64,000 nucleotides of DNA from Chrysomallon squamiferum (taxonomy: Eukaryota > Animalia > Mollusca), in NCBI GenBank assembly GCA_012295275.1, contig CM022670.1, positions 15,128,001-15,192,000 on the forward strand. Direction: 5' to 3'. Position numbers and translations under genes: made by a program. Below the pieces are notes generated by a model. The model searched no databases. It was not told the DNA's origin and worked only from the letters and a program-made list of their open reading frames with translations. The stretch's first letter is position 1, and the number at the start of each line of letters is the position of its first letter. Below, piece after piece: positions 12,909 through 24,659 of the stretch.

Positions 12909-14997
12909 TTGTGAATATATGTATATATATATGTATATGCATATGAAATTGTATACATATATGTATGTACGTATATAGATAGGTCATGTAACTTGTACTA
13001 GACTACAATCTCCCTCTGAGACATCAGGTAATAACTGACAGTAAAAAAAATCTTTCTCATTAATCAGTTTTTCCATGCAGCAGAGATTCCAGGACAGCAT
13101 GTAATATGATTTTCTCATCAATGTAATCAATATGCTTTCTTCCTACACACATTAATAACCACTAATGTTGTCATAATTACATAGATCAGAAAATTACCAT
13201 GCTGTAGTTGTGGTAACTTCCAAAACAAAATCGATTTATACATATTTCAGTGGAAAATTGTTTAGATATAAATAATTTGTTTGACTCACTCTGCAAACAA
13301 TAATCAGTTATTTTATTTTTTTCCAAAATCTTCAAATAAGATCGCAGAAATGAATTAAGGAATCCAGATTTGTTGTAGATATTTATTTTTGTTAATAGAA
13401 GTGAATATAAAAATCATTTGTAAAATATTCACTAAATATGAAATTTTAATATTTTTGTTATGTTATTCTGAAAAAAAGAAAAAACTCACTAAAAATTACC
13501 ATGCCATGATTTAGCCATTATATTTCTGCCATTTTTTTTTTTAAATTCTGACATTAATTGCATTGATAATAGGATATGCCAGAAAAAATATCTGAAGTTG
13601 TGTAGTGAGTTAAGATTTGACAATAATCAGCCAAGACAATTCTATGTCTAACAAGTGAAATAATAATCACAACTCATCTTACATTAATAATGACCTATAC
13701 ACTGACCATTCCAAATTGTATACGACTGAAATGTTCTGTTTCTTACCTTAGTCAGTTACAAAATCATATGCTTAAATTAGTGCTTCTATAAATGCATTCA
13801 TTCATTTGTGTGTACCTCTATGTCTATCTACACAAGCATACATTTATCTATATGTCTATTTTTATGTATGTACATTTTGGATTAACATTTAATATCACTG
13901 TACATAGTATATGACAGAATGGTTTATTTAAGGAGAGGTTTACACATTAAAGAACGACAAACGCTGTAATTAATTAAACTATTTCAGTCTAACAATTTTT
14001 AATTAAAATGTGTCCAGGTGATACTAACATGGTTGTTCTTAAACTTCTTTTTTTTTTTCATTTCAATGGCCACTTTGAAATAATTTTGAGGGCTGAAATC
14101 CTCTAGGTTAAATTTTATAATGAACAGAAATTCAGTTATGCAGCAGCTACATTCCACCTCATATTCTTGCAGCATCACCAAGGTTGGGAAATCAATGCAT
14201 TAACCAAATATCCATGTGCACAATTGTTACATTATCCAAGAATATTGCCTTTAAGCTCAGTCTTTGTAGGTTTTGTTCTCAACAAGTAATTAATTTATAT
14301 CATGTTGCAACTGTTATTAAAGCTGATTAACACTGATTTCACTTTTAATGTTGCAAAAAATTCTTGTTAATGAACAGATAAATATTTTTCTTGAAAAATA
14401 AACTCACCACAAACTTTTTATCTTTCTCCCATGTCTGTGTGTCTGATATGGAAACACTGGTGTCTCCTGTCTGTTTTCTTTTTCCACTTTCTTTACTCAT
14501 TTTCTCAAAACTTGTATAACCATCTGAAATAATAATATAAAAAAAAACACCTGATACATTGTATTTATATATGTTATTTTACCCAAGGGAAAAAAAAAAA
14601 AAAAAAAAGAAAAAAGTTAAATAAAATGAAATAAATAAAAATAAAGTGAAAAAATGTATATTTTTTTGGCTAATGTAACAAATACTTGGAAGGTCAGAAT
14701 AGATTAAAGAGGGTAAAATTACATCAAAAGAGAAAATGTCAGAATCAGTAATACCAGCTTCAGATTAATGTAATCAGATCATGGAAAGTTTTGTTATTAG
14801 AGTAATTCAGACATAAATATATCACAGAATAAATGATGAAATATATATATTTTTTTATATTTTAATTCTGATTTAATCCACACTAATAGATACAGTTGCA
14901 AAAATATTACTCAGCTGTTAGACCCACAAACATAGGATCAGACAAATATACATCCACACAGTTACATTAAAAAAATGGTTAACTTACAGCCAGCCAT
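268..14997 (-). CDS. SGK3: Serum/glucocorticoid-regulated kinase (SGK3-like), N-terminal PX-domain portion; partial, continues beyond left edge
   Basis: Exons 14997-14988, 14523-14408, 10398-10315 and 413-268 join with canonical GT-AG sites and consistent phases (1,0,0,2). Product: [118 protein letters not shown]. This matches the SGK3 PX domain as I recall it (SVSI..[48 protein letters not shown]). The kinase domain is not in the window. Confidence 0.85.
2103..2195. mobile_element. Small non-autonomous DNA-transposon (MITE-like) remnant
   Basis: CAGTGG...AGATCT and AGATCTCCCACTG imperfect inverted ends, with internal GGGGCC/GGGCCCC motifs. Confidence 0.3.
3214..3770. repeat. Degenerate minisatellite, unit about 50 bp
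   Basis: Recurrent TACTACAATAAT...CTATCTTATTTAACATG(C/T)ACATGTTAATAT. Confidence 0.75.
4046..4059. promoter_or_regulatory. RFX X-box-like motif GTTGCCATGGTGAT (SGK intron 3)
   Basis: Perfect GTTGCCATGG half-site with a degenerate second half. Confidence 0.35.
4100..4160 (+). mobile_element. Degenerate SINE-body fragment
   Basis: AAAGAGTAGCCCATG...CAGCAGGTTTCCTCTCT resembles a gastropod SINE internal segment as I recall it; unverified. Confidence 0.3.
4266..4771. repeat. 35-bp minisatellite, about 14 copies, with two alternating variants
   Basis: TTTTATATCAAATTAAATAAAC(C/A)TATA(C/T)ACTTGT(G/A) recurring at 4381, 4416, 4451 and onward. Confidence 0.9.
5255..5340. repeat. 37-bp inverted repeat with 12-nt loop
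   Basis: 5255-5291 is the reverse complement of 5304-5340 with one mismatch. Confidence 0.9.
5605..5948. repeat. Minisatellite, unit about 30 bp
   Basis: AAAGTGTACAGA(C/T)TGTACAGTCTACATAAT repeated, degenerating rightward. Confidence 0.85.
6832..6845. promoter_or_regulatory. RFX X-box-like motif GTCACCAAGGCAAC (SGK intron 3)
   Basis: Matches the RFX consensus GTNRCC(N0-3)RGYAAC. Confidence 0.4.
8701..9075 (-). promoter_or_regulatory. Candidate internal promoter and alternative first exon of SGK
   Basis: Local CpG-rich patch in a CpG-poor intron; GCTATAAATA TATA box on the minus strand (TATAAA at 9071-9066); consensus AG|GTAAGT donor at 8701/8700. Confidence 0.4.
10315..10398 (-). CDS. SGK3: SGK3-like coding exon 3 (PX RRY motif)
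   Basis: ttccctctgcag acceptor, gtgagt donor; [28 protein letters not shown]. Confidence 0.9.
10741..10753. promoter_or_regulatory. RFX X-box-like motif GTTGCCTGGTAAC (SGK intron 2)
   Basis: Matches the RFX consensus GTNRCC(N0-3)RGYAAC. Confidence 0.4.
14408..14523 (-). CDS. SGK3: SGK3-like coding exon 2
   Basis: atttcag acceptor, gtgagt donor; encodes (Y)[38 protein letters not shown]. Confidence 0.85.
14988..14997 (-). CDS. SGK3: SGK3-like coding exon 1 (ATGGCTGGCT, MAG + 1 nt)
   Basis: aaaATGG start context followed by a GTAAGT donor; phase 1 joins in frame to the next exon. Confidence 0.7.
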
Positions 14998-16398
14998 TTT
15001 GACAAGTGACTCTTAACAAAGAAAACTAGTGTGTGAATGTTTAAACAACACTACGTTGTACTAATAATGTTGAAATTTACTTCTTTCTTCCTAGTTCGAC
15101 TGCCAGGGTATGTCACGGTGAAATCCGGAGCGAGCCACTTGTTCGGAAAACAATGTACTCAAGTACTCGATATGTGATATTTAACAGTTAAAGTAATGTC
15201 AGTCAACTTCCTGCTTGCACGATTAGTATTTCTGAATAAATTGCTGCACCAAAATTTTTGCTTTTATGTAATTATTTATAGTTTGTAAACAATTTCATTT
15301 CTCTACGTAAAAATTATTTCTAAAATAATCAAAAAATGTTGGTTACTTTTTGTAGATCTGAACTTTTAAAGTTATCCGAGTTAACAATTATTTCTTAATG
15401 TCAAAAAAATGTCCAATAAAATATTTACTAGGAATTTAATGAAGTACTTATCTTTTTTCCAAGTTTGATGAAAATACCATAACAGTAATATAAATTACAT
15501 GAACACCTGTTTTCAAGACCTGTTACTATATAAGAATATTTCCACGCCACTCCCCCTCTAATTACTGTCTCAGGTACTGCCCTAAAAAGCTAAATAGGCT
15601 AAGTTCTTAATTCTCATCTCAACCGTGGATTTGTTTAAAGGGTTTAGAGAAGAAACATTAGTTTTAACAGTTTATAAATCTAGAAAAACAAACAAGACAT
15701 AAATTACCGAATATATTTTTAAAATATTATTATTTTAAGAAAGATAAACAAAATACCCGTGTTACTACTTTGCGACGTTGAATCATCTACACACCTCCTG
15801 ACCCTTAACCTATTGACCCCTTATAATATCGCGTCATGTGAAAACAGGGCCGCGACAACGAAATAGGCTGTCCGTTATTGACAGTACTCGAAATAAAACA
15901 TTTAGAAATCACGTATTCCATTTCTTCTGATATATTACAACCTTGGTCATGTTAGATTTTGCTTTAAGTGGTTAACCATTTTACACAAACTACTTTTGTT
16001 TTTATCTTGTACTTTCGCATTAATCAACCAATGACAAATGTTGTATTATTGGCAAAGACTTCCAATATTATATACTATGCAACTAGTTAAAGCCTGTTCG
16101 ACGACAGATGTAATTTTTGTTATCATATTATTATTTTTACATGCTGTTTACGAATTAGTTACTGTCTCAAAAATGTTTTGATGAGATTTACAGGAAACAG
16201 AATCAATATATTTCATAAAAAATAAAATATATCTTACTGTATTTGTTAACTGACACTGTATTCACAGTTAAATATCACATATCGTGTACTTGATTATATT
16301 GCATAAGTTGTATAATTTGTTTGGAGAGATAATACGGATACTGAATGGATAATGAGTGAATGCGAACAAATGAATAATAATAATAAGAAGAAGAATAA

Positions 16399-16429
<31 letters not shown>

Positions 16430-16434
16430 AAGAA

Positions 16435-16470
<36 letters not shown>

Positions 16471-16713
16471 GAAGAAGAAAGAAGAAGAAGAAAATATTAT
16501 AGCCAGTTACATTTCTAACTATATGCTTTATTATTTATTTATTTATTTATTTTTATTTTTATTATAATTTATATTTGTTTATTCGCTTTACTAAAGCACA
16601 TGCAAAAGCAGTAGATTAACAAATAGTATTTATTAGTTAGATTGACCAATGGTGAAAGCCTTTAGAAAATCGCACCATATTACTTCCGGTAAATAGTTTC
16701 TACAGAAGCGAAG
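14998..16713. promoter_or_regulatory. Divergent SGK/IFT52 promoter region
   Basis: 1.7 kb between opposing start codons, with CpGs retained relative to the flanking gene bodies. CCAAT at 16646-16650, ETS-type ACTTCCGGT at 16682-16690, ACTTCCTG near 15206, and a YY1-like AAAATGGC over the SGK ATG. Confidence 0.65.
16373..16490. repeat. Compound (AAT)n/(AAG)n/(ATG)n microsatellite in the divergent promoter
   Basis: Directly visible. Confidence 0.9.
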
Positions 16714-16731
16714 ATGCCACCAACAGCTGAA
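16714..16731 (+). CDS. IFT52: IFT52 exon 1 (MPPTAE)
   Basis: aagATG followed by gtatgg donor; in frame with exon 2. An alternative start is the ATG at 17275. Confidence 0.65.
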
Positions 16732-19700
16732 GTATGGTTTATTTTTCCACTTAAACATCGATTTTATTACCATTAAATTGTATTGTGATAATATGTATTC
16801 CGTTCTGTTATGTAATTGAAATATAGCCGGTCTTATTTAGTTTATCAAATAAGTAAAATGAAAGCTAAAACAAATTTAAACAATTCACAATCGATAAACA
16901 CTAAACAACAAATAACAACAACACTAACAACAGTGTACATGTCGGTGTAATTAGTAGTCATTAGAGTTTCGGTGAATCGAATAATATAATACACAGTGAA
17001 AATATTTACATTAATAAGTTGGCAGAAAACAGCAATAAAGTTACTTCACGTGACAGATAAAGTTGATGATAATATTATATCTTGATAAATCTGAACTGTC
17101 ATAAAAAAAAGTTCATAAATTTTATTAGCGTCATCCTCTGATTTTGTAAAAGATTAATTATTTTAATATTACTTTGCAATCGTATTAGAATTTAAACATA
17201 CCTGTTTTCCTGATATTTCTGGAAATAATATAATAATTTGTGCTAAGAAATACTTTGCAATGTTCTTGAAGGGTATGGAAGAAAAAATTCAAAGAAATAC
17301 AATAGTGGTGAATGCATCCAAACGGGAACTGTTCACTCTTAGCAGTGGTTTTAAAGTCCTGAACAGAAAGTTACGTTCAACCTGGAGATTAATCCCGTAA
17401 GTATAAAGGTGTACACACTTTCATAGTCACAGTCATTATGAATGTAGATGTAAATTAATTTATTTCACTAATTCTGAAATAGATTTTGTCAATGCCTAAT
17501 TAACTGGTATGTGATTTGTCCAAAATCCCAACTGCCTAACTTTCCCACAAAGTATTTAGTAATATATATATGAATCATTTGAATTTTTAAAACTGAATAC
17601 CAAAAAAACCAACAGATATTTTATATTCTGGGTAACCATTAACTATAAAAACGTTGTCATATGTTTTCAGCAATAAAGATGAAATAACAGAAGAGAGATT
17701 ACAACAAGGACGAATGCTGATTATTGGAGGTCCACAAGAGAAATTTACAGCAGCTGAGGTACTCTGTGAATGTTTATTTAATTAAAGTATATTTCAGCAT
17801 TATGCTTAACCTTAATTTTGTTTCAGATATAGTATGAATGCTTTATTAAAATGAATATCAAATTATATTTAACATCATGCGTAATTAATACTGCTCAAAG
17901 TAATAATTGAAATATGTGTTAGATATTTTCTTAATTTTATTTTAAAGATTTCTGGAAATTTTTATTTAATGATTTGCTGTTTTATTTAGAGAGTAATAGT
18001 ACATCCAAAATAGATATAAACTGGTTCACTTCAAATTGTTGTTTTGTTTGTTTTTGATGACCTGATTTTCCTGTTACTATTTTATAAAGTATGACTAATA
18101 CAACAAGATGCATATTGTTTTTATTTATTTATTTTGTGGGGAAAATAACAAAATAATGTATAAAATATAAGCAGTTTTGCCATTTATAAATGTATGTTGT
18201 TTTTCAGTTTGAAGCAATAAAGAGGTATGTTGAATCTGGTGGAAGTGTTATGGTTTTGATTGGAGAAGGTGGAGAAACCAGATTTAACACAAATATCAAT
18301 TTTCTTCTAGAAGAATTTGGTGTTTTTGTTAATAGTGGTAAGTTATTCCATGCTAATTACTGTTTTCATGTATTAATTGTGTCACTTGTTGCTCAGTTTA
18401 CATTATCTGACAATCTCAGTTTGTTTGTAGATTGTCTGTAAAAAGAAAATGTACATGTGGTATTGTGTTTTTATAAAAGAAGATTACTTTAATGTTTGGG
18501 TGTGTATACACAAAGAAACTTACGACTCTTATATTGGAGACACTGAAAAGCATTTAGAAAAATCAAATTTTACAGCTTATTGAAACTTTTTCTCTCACTC
18601 AGTGAGTCACTGGTTGAATTTTATAACCACCTGTAATCTATGACTTAAAATGTAATGTTAATTTTACAATAATTTCAGATGCTGTGGTGAGAACATCTTA
18701 CTACAAATATTTTCATCCCAAAGAAGCTCTCATTGCTAATGGTGTCTTAAACCGGGCAATCAGCCAGGCTGCAGGAAAAGGAATGACTTATGGTGGGGAT
18801 GATGATACAAATAATGCACAGTAAGTCTTTTTTTTTCTTCTGTTTTTCAAAATTGTTTATAATGCTGTTTAGTTTAACTTACATTAAAAAGAAAATTTGA
18901 TAATGATGTTTTTTTTATTTCAACTCATGTTGAAAATAAAAGTTGTTTATGATGCTGGCATGTTTGTTAAGTTATATTAAGCATAAAATTTCTTTATGAT
19001 GTTTTTGAGTTTAATTTGTATTAAAAGTGAAAATTGTTTATCATGCTCTTCAGTTTAACTTAATTGTTTATAATACTGTTTAGTTTGGTAAACATTATAG
19101 TTTATAAAATAAAATTCAGATATATTTGTTTTTGAATATATTTTAAATACCAAACTCTATTTACTTTACAATTATTAGTAAAACTAGAAGATTCTGTTAT
19201 TTATTTACAGAGCTTTGAGTTTTCTGTACCCATATGGAGCAACACTAAATGTAATGAAGCCTTCATCAGCTGTTCTGTCGACTGGCAGTGTTTGTTTCCC
19301 TCTCAACAGACCTGTCTGTGCATTCTACACCTCCAAGGTACTTTACTTTTTTCTAATAAACTACCAGCAGTTAAACAATCAGAAACTTGAATTATTTCAT
19401 TTTTGTTATTAATATCGTTACCTTTTCACTGAAGTTGTAAGAAATAATTACATTCTAAATGAGATCTGTGTTAATGGCATGTAAAATTTGTAATGAGTTT
19501 AATTTTTGAAACTGCATGGTTGTTATTTTCAAGAAATCTTGTTGTTAGCTAGAAATGCATGCAGAACTGTTAATTGTTTATAATGTATTTAAAGCAGTCT
19601 AATCAAGGAAAAATTGCTGTGCTGGGATCTGTCCACATGTTCAGTGATCCATATCTGGAGAAAGAAGAAAACAGTAAAATACTAGTAAGTGTTTATATCA

Positions 19701-19879
19701 TGTTCAAAAACCTGACAAAAACTTTTTTTAAAAACTGATAACATCTTGTTCTTGCCAATTCTGATACATTCTTAGATATTAGGTAGTAATGGAAATATCT
19801 TTTATTATTTTTTTGTTTAATATTTATTTTAACTTTTTTGTTTTCCAATTACTTCAACATTTTTATTTATAAACACTGT

Positions 19880-19913
<34 letters not shown>

Positions 19914-22827
19914 TTTCATTAAAAATATGTTGTTTTTTTTTCAGCTAAGGATGAACATTTTTTTTTGTCAATTTTTTACACAGAACACTTAAATTTTTAA
20001 TGTCAGAAATCTTCCCCAACCCAAACACATCATGTCACCATTTTGCATTAACGTATAAAATGAGTTTGAAAAGTAATTTTTTTTCTTATTTTAGGATGTT
20101 ATAATCAGATACTTGACAACTGATGAAATCAAACTGAATAATATTGATGCTGAAGACCCAGAGGTAACTTTTCAAATTTTCCTTTGACTGTTCCCTTATT
20201 TTAAATTTTTTTTATTCCTCACATCATATGTTTAATTGTGACTGGTGATATTTGTGGCTGTTGTTCTAGAAGATTAGAAACATTAAGAAATAAATCAACA
20301 TTGATGCTTCTGAAGTAATGAAACCATATTATTTCTATTAATTTCTGATTTTTTAAATTTGAATTTATAATATCATCTTTAAAACATTCTACAACTTACT
20401 CTTGTCAAGTTCAATATATGAATCCTTTGCTAGTTTTAACTAAATATCCGTGTGTCATTGAATCGGTTTCTTCTCAACAATTTCAAAGTAAACTGTAGTA
20501 AAGCAGGTGTTGGCTTGCTTTGTTTCAGATAGGAGATTACAATCAGCTGCCAGACATTGCCAAACTGGCTGAAGAGTTGAAAACCTGTCTGCAGGAGAGT
20601 GATGACATTCCCCGTGACATCACCACTCTGTTTGACAACTCTCTCTTCAAACTTGATACAAGCCTCGTGCCTAAAGCCATCAAGTTGGTTACACTTTCAC
20701 CTTTCGTCTCTAGTAACTTAGCATTGTCAAGTTGATTATTTTTCGACAAGTTGTCTCTAGTAACTTTGTTTACATTATCACATTTTCTTCTCAAGTTTAG
20801 TAATTAATGATCATCAAATTGATTACATTTTCGTTTTGTTATCTGTAATTTAGTAACAGATATCTGTCTGTCTGTGCATGCATGTTTTATTTTTCATTAT
20901 TTCATAAACATAAAGTGGCAGTGTTTGTCTTTTAGTTTGTTCAGATTATTTGTATTGTATTGATGTGTTAAGAAAACTTGTGCAATACCACCTTTGTGCT
21001 TAAAAGAATAACACTGCTTTTACAATAGTGTCCTATTATCTAAGGCCAGTGGTTTTTCTTCTTTGAGAAGAAAAGAAAATGCTAAAACAAATCAAAATGC
21101 AAATAGTTTATGTCTACCAAATGTGGGAAGAATTACAAATTTTACACATATAATATTTTTCAAATCTTCTCATCAATACTGTTTTTCAGAAACTCTAGAA
21201 AATCTGGAAGAAAAATCCATTAAATAATTTGATACAATTTTCTAACAAGTGCACAATGATTTTTAAATAAACTGTTTTGTCATCTTGCAGGGCGTTCGAG
21301 CAGCTGGGAGTGAAACACGAGGGTCTGACTTTGATCACCCCACAGTTTGAAACTCCACTACCCCCTTTACAACCTGCGGTAAATTTTATTTTTCTAACAA
21401 ATATTATTTAAGGATATTTTATCATTCTGAATTATGTTTGATAATTAATTTTTTTATAATGATACATTTTTCAAATTTTTATTATTTGTTATTGTTACTG
21501 TTATTCTGTAAATAATTTGAAAATAAAGGGTTGTGCATAAATTATCATTATATTGTAGCATCATTATAACATAATGATAAGATATCTCTAGCATAGATTT
21601 TTAATTGTTTTAATTTTTTTTTTTTTTTTAATTATTATAATGTTCTATTTGCAAAGGTCATGTGCGATGTTTAAATAAATGTTAAACAGCTGAAAACAAG
21701 GACTAACATAATTTATCAGAAGAATGCTTCCTTTTGCACTATCCTTATTTGTTTTTATGGTTTTATTACAGGTTTTTCCTCCAAACTTCAAAGAGCTAGA
21801 TCCTCCCTCGTTAGAGCTTTTTGATCTGGATGAGCAGTTTTCATCTGAAAAAGTCAGAATTGCTCAGATAACCAATAAATGTAAGTTACTAACTTTACTG
21901 ACACATTCTACAGTTTTGCTTGGTCTTAAATTAAAATCAGAATTTCAGAATTTAAAATTTATATATATTAATGAAAGAAAGGTTTGACTGAATAAATTTA
22001 AGTTACTAACTGTATTAACACATTGAACATTTTGTTTGGTTTTAAATTAAAGTCATGTTTTTTAGTGTTTATGTTAATGAAAGAAAGGCAGGTTTGAATG
22101 AACTAGAAAAAAGGTGAGACAAAAAAGAATCTGAGACGTCTAATTGTTTTCGTTGCTGACAATGGTTGTGTTGTGTTGTGTAGGTACTGATGAGGATCTG
22201 GAGTACTATGTGAGAGAGTGTGGTGACATTCTGGCTGTGACAAGCAAACTGCCACAGGACTCCCGAGATGCTAAACACATCCTTGAGTACATTTTTGCCC
22301 AAGTTGTGGAGTTCAAGAAACTCAATCAGGTATAATTCAACCTTTCACTATTATAATTTTACAATTTTTAAAAAATTTATCATTATTATTATTTATTTTT
22401 GTAACAAGACAAGAACAGAATTATCATGATCAACCTTTTTGTAGTAAACATTTTTATTTTATTGCCATTATTATTGCTCATTTGATCTTTTTTATTCATT
22501 TTTTAATTTTATATTATTATTATAATTATTATTATTTTGTTGTTGCAATAATAGTTTTATTATTCTGAATATTCCATACAGTAACCACAAATGTCATGAA
22601 AGAGTTGTATCATCCCTGACCAACTCTAAATTAAGTACTGCAGAAAAGTTGTTTAATTCCCTTGTTGTTGATTACCAAAAAGGGATCCATCTAATATTAA
22701 ATATAAAAAATAAGTTTATTTATGACTGCATTGTTAGGGGTCTGGCTAAAGAAGACCATGCTGCATTTTCTTACAGGAACAAGACTATGACTCTGTCCAG
22801 TATGGAGGTCAAGAAATGTATGCCTGA
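16714..22827 (+). CDS. IFT52: Intraflagellar transport protein 52 (IFT-B core), complete, 13 coding exons, about 444 aa
   Basis: Exons 16714-16731, 17272-17396, 17671-17758, 18208-18337, 18679-18820, 19211-19337, 19598-19684, 20095-20163, 20529-20683, 21291-21378, 21772-21880, 22184-22329, 22777-22827 total 1335 nt and are all GT-AG and in frame. IFT52 hallmark motifs: GGPQEKFTAAEF, GEGGETRFNTNINFLLEEFG, DAVVRTSYYKYFHPKEALIANGVLNR, FLYPYGATLNV, LITPQFETPLPPLQPAVFPP, LELFDLDEQFSSE, VVEFKKLNQE. Confidence 0.96.
17272..17396 (+). CDS. IFT52: IFT52 exon 2
   Basis: GMEEKIQRNTIVVNASKRELFTLSSGFKVLNRKLRSTWRLI; gtaagt donor. Confidence 0.9.
17671..17758 (+). CDS. IFT52: IFT52 exon 3
   Basis: NKDEITEERLQQGRMLIIGGPQEKFTAAE. 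Confidence 0.92.
18208..18337 (+). CDS. IFT52: IFT52 exon 4
   Basis: FEAIKRYVESGGSVMVLIGEGGETRFNTNINFLLEEFGVFVNS. Confidence 0.95.
18679..18820 (+). CDS. IFT52: IFT52 exon 5
   Basis: DAVVRTSYYKYFHPKEALIANGVLNRAISQAAGKGMTYGGDDDTNNA. Confidence 0.95.
19211..19337 (+). CDS. IFT52: IFT52 exon 6
   Basis: ALSFLYPYGATLNVMKPSSAVLSTGSVCFPLNRPVCAFYTSK. Confidence 0.95.
19598..19684 (+). CDS. IFT52: IFT52 exon 7 (NAGNAG acceptor; alternative start 19595)
   Basis: SNQGKIAVLGSVHMFSDPYLEKEENSKIL. Confidence 0.9.
20095..20163 (+). CDS. IFT52: IFT52 exon 8
   Basis: DVIIRYLTTDEIKLNNIDAEDPE. Confidence 0.92.
20529..20683 (+). CDS. IFT52: IFT52 exon 9
   Basis: IGDYNQLPDIAKLAEELKTCLQESDDIPRDITTLFDNSLFKLDTSLVPKAI; gttggt donor fixed by the phase of the next exon. 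Confidence 0.92.
21291..21378 (+). CDS. IFT52: IFT52 exon 10
   Basis: AFEQLGVKHEGLTLITPQFETPLPPLQPA. Confidence 0.95.
21772..21880 (+). CDS. IFT52: IFT52 exon 11
   Basis: VFPPNFKELDPPSLELFDLDEQFSSEKVRIAQITNK. Confidence 0.95.
22184..22329 (+). CDS. IFT52: IFT52 exon 12
   Basis: CTDEDLEYYVRECGDILAVTSKLPQDSRDAKHILEYIFAQVVEFKKLNQ. Confidence 0.95.
22777..22827 (+). CDS. IFT52: IFT52 terminal coding exon
   Basis: ttttcttacag acceptor; EQDYDSVQYGGQEMYA*. Confidence 0.75.
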   Translation, partial: EQDYDSVQYGGQEMYA

Positions 22828-23626
22828 ACCTGAGCCTGTGACTTTGTTTTAACACAAATCTGTCCACACCTGTATGTGACACTCACAGCAGATTTATTAC
22901 ACAAACAGTTAATTTAAACAAGAGCTAAACTTACAAGTAACTGCTTGGAGTAGTGTCTTTCTTTTATATTTCGTTAAAAAAAAAAAAAAAAAAAAAAAAA
23001 TATATATTCCGTCCATCCACTAGACACTGTTTGTGCATCCTAGAAAGAAAAAATATCTTCATAATATTTTTCAATATTTTTATGTTTAAAATTGACTGCA
23101 GAGCAGAAAGCTGTGTTTTCCTTCAAGTTTCTCAATACATCATATATGTGTGTGTATGTATATATATATATATATGTGAATATGTAGATGTATCTGTATA
23201 TGTATATATGGTCAGGCTACTTTTTTTAACATTGTACTTTTGAGATAATTAATTTTATAGTTTAGTAGTCTGTTTTTTTTCATGTCATTGTTTTTATATT
23301 TATTGACATTTTTTGTTCAAGATAAATATTATTTTAAAAAGGGTCAAAGATGACTGATAAATTATTTGGTTGTGTATATTTTAAATTGCATCATCTTTGC
23401 ATTAGTTTTGTATTGTTGAACATTTCTCAGTAAACCTCAAGATAAAACACATTGTATGTTTTTAAAATGTACAAACGGTCTAAATAAATTGTGAATACTT
23501 AAATTTTTTTTCTCGTTGACATCTTTGTATAGACTGAGACTAGATGTATGTTTCTGGTTTTGTTTTGTATATTTTATCTGGACTGTGTAGATTTCAAATA
23601 ACACAGACATTTCTTTTTGTATTAGC

Positions 23627-23632
23627 AATAAA
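23627..23632 (+). terminator. Candidate IFT52 polyadenylation signal (AATAAA); another at 23483-23488
   Basis: AATAAA hexamers 0.65-0.8 kb after the stop codon; not decisive in AT-rich DNA. Confidence 0.3.
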
Positions 23633-23875
23633 CTGATGACATGATAATGATATAAGGAGTGAAAAGATGCCTTTACAAACTAGGTTACACTATTTTATAT
23701 ATTCTGTAGTATTCATTTACGTGCATATCAGATGTACAGAAAAGTAGATACAATTATCTATAAGGATAGAGTAACAAGGGAAGTAATCCAAAGAAAACCA
23801 ACCTTGCAATGCATTACTACTTAGATATCTTTCTTTCACTGCTCTTTGTCATAATTATGAGTGTGGCTAATTATT

Positions 23876-23910
<35 letters not shown>

Positions 23911-23985
23911 AATGATTTTGATTATGATTATGATCTAGACAATTATATACCCATCTCTCTTAGATCATTTAACATTTCCATTATT

Positions 23986-24016
<31 letters not shown>

Positions 24017-24546
24017 TTATATTTATTTTTTATTGTTTTTTACTAATTTTATAATTTCATAATTTTTTAAAATAGCTTTAACATTTTTTTTTTTTTTGCA
24101 TTCAGCAGCATTACATTAGATACAGTCCATGCGATATTGCTTGTTGTAAAAACAGTTTTCATTTTCAAAACAGTGTTTTTCTTCCATAGTGTTTGGAAAT
24201 TTATGACAAAAAAACAAACAACAATGTAACATAATGATGTATATTTTTGTTTTCATCATTAAAAGAATTACATGATAATTCATAAAATAGAAAAATAAAT
24301 ATAAAATTCTTCTGGTTATTATATGTGTGGGTATAGGTGTGTGCACTTTGGCTAAGATGTTGACATGTCGACTTATTTCCAAATTAGAAATAACCTTTCT
24401 GCTACATAAAATCTGCAATAATCATATTCACAAGAAAAAATAAAAAAAACAAACAAAAAATCCCACAAAATCCTGTAATAAGCTGTGATTTGAGAAAATG
24501 GCAGATCAAAGAAGACTAATCAAAAGTTGTTTTTTTTTCTTGTTAT

Positions 24547-24659
<113 letters not shown>

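Noticed and set aside
14497-14523. Apparent u[11 protein letters not shown] whose TGA overlaps the ATG at 14500
   Set aside because: The upstream 10-nt coding exon puts this exon in another, fully open frame ([14 protein letters not shown]), so this ATG is internal and out of frame.
16696-16709. X-box at the IFT52 start (GTTTCTACAGAAGC)
   Set aside because: At least two mismatches to even the relaxed consensus; too weak to call.
20543-22302. Minus-strand ORFs 20543-20794 and 22069-22302 (likewise 43449-43664 and 57946-58152)
   Set aside because: Antisense shadows of real IFT52 or GPCR exons.
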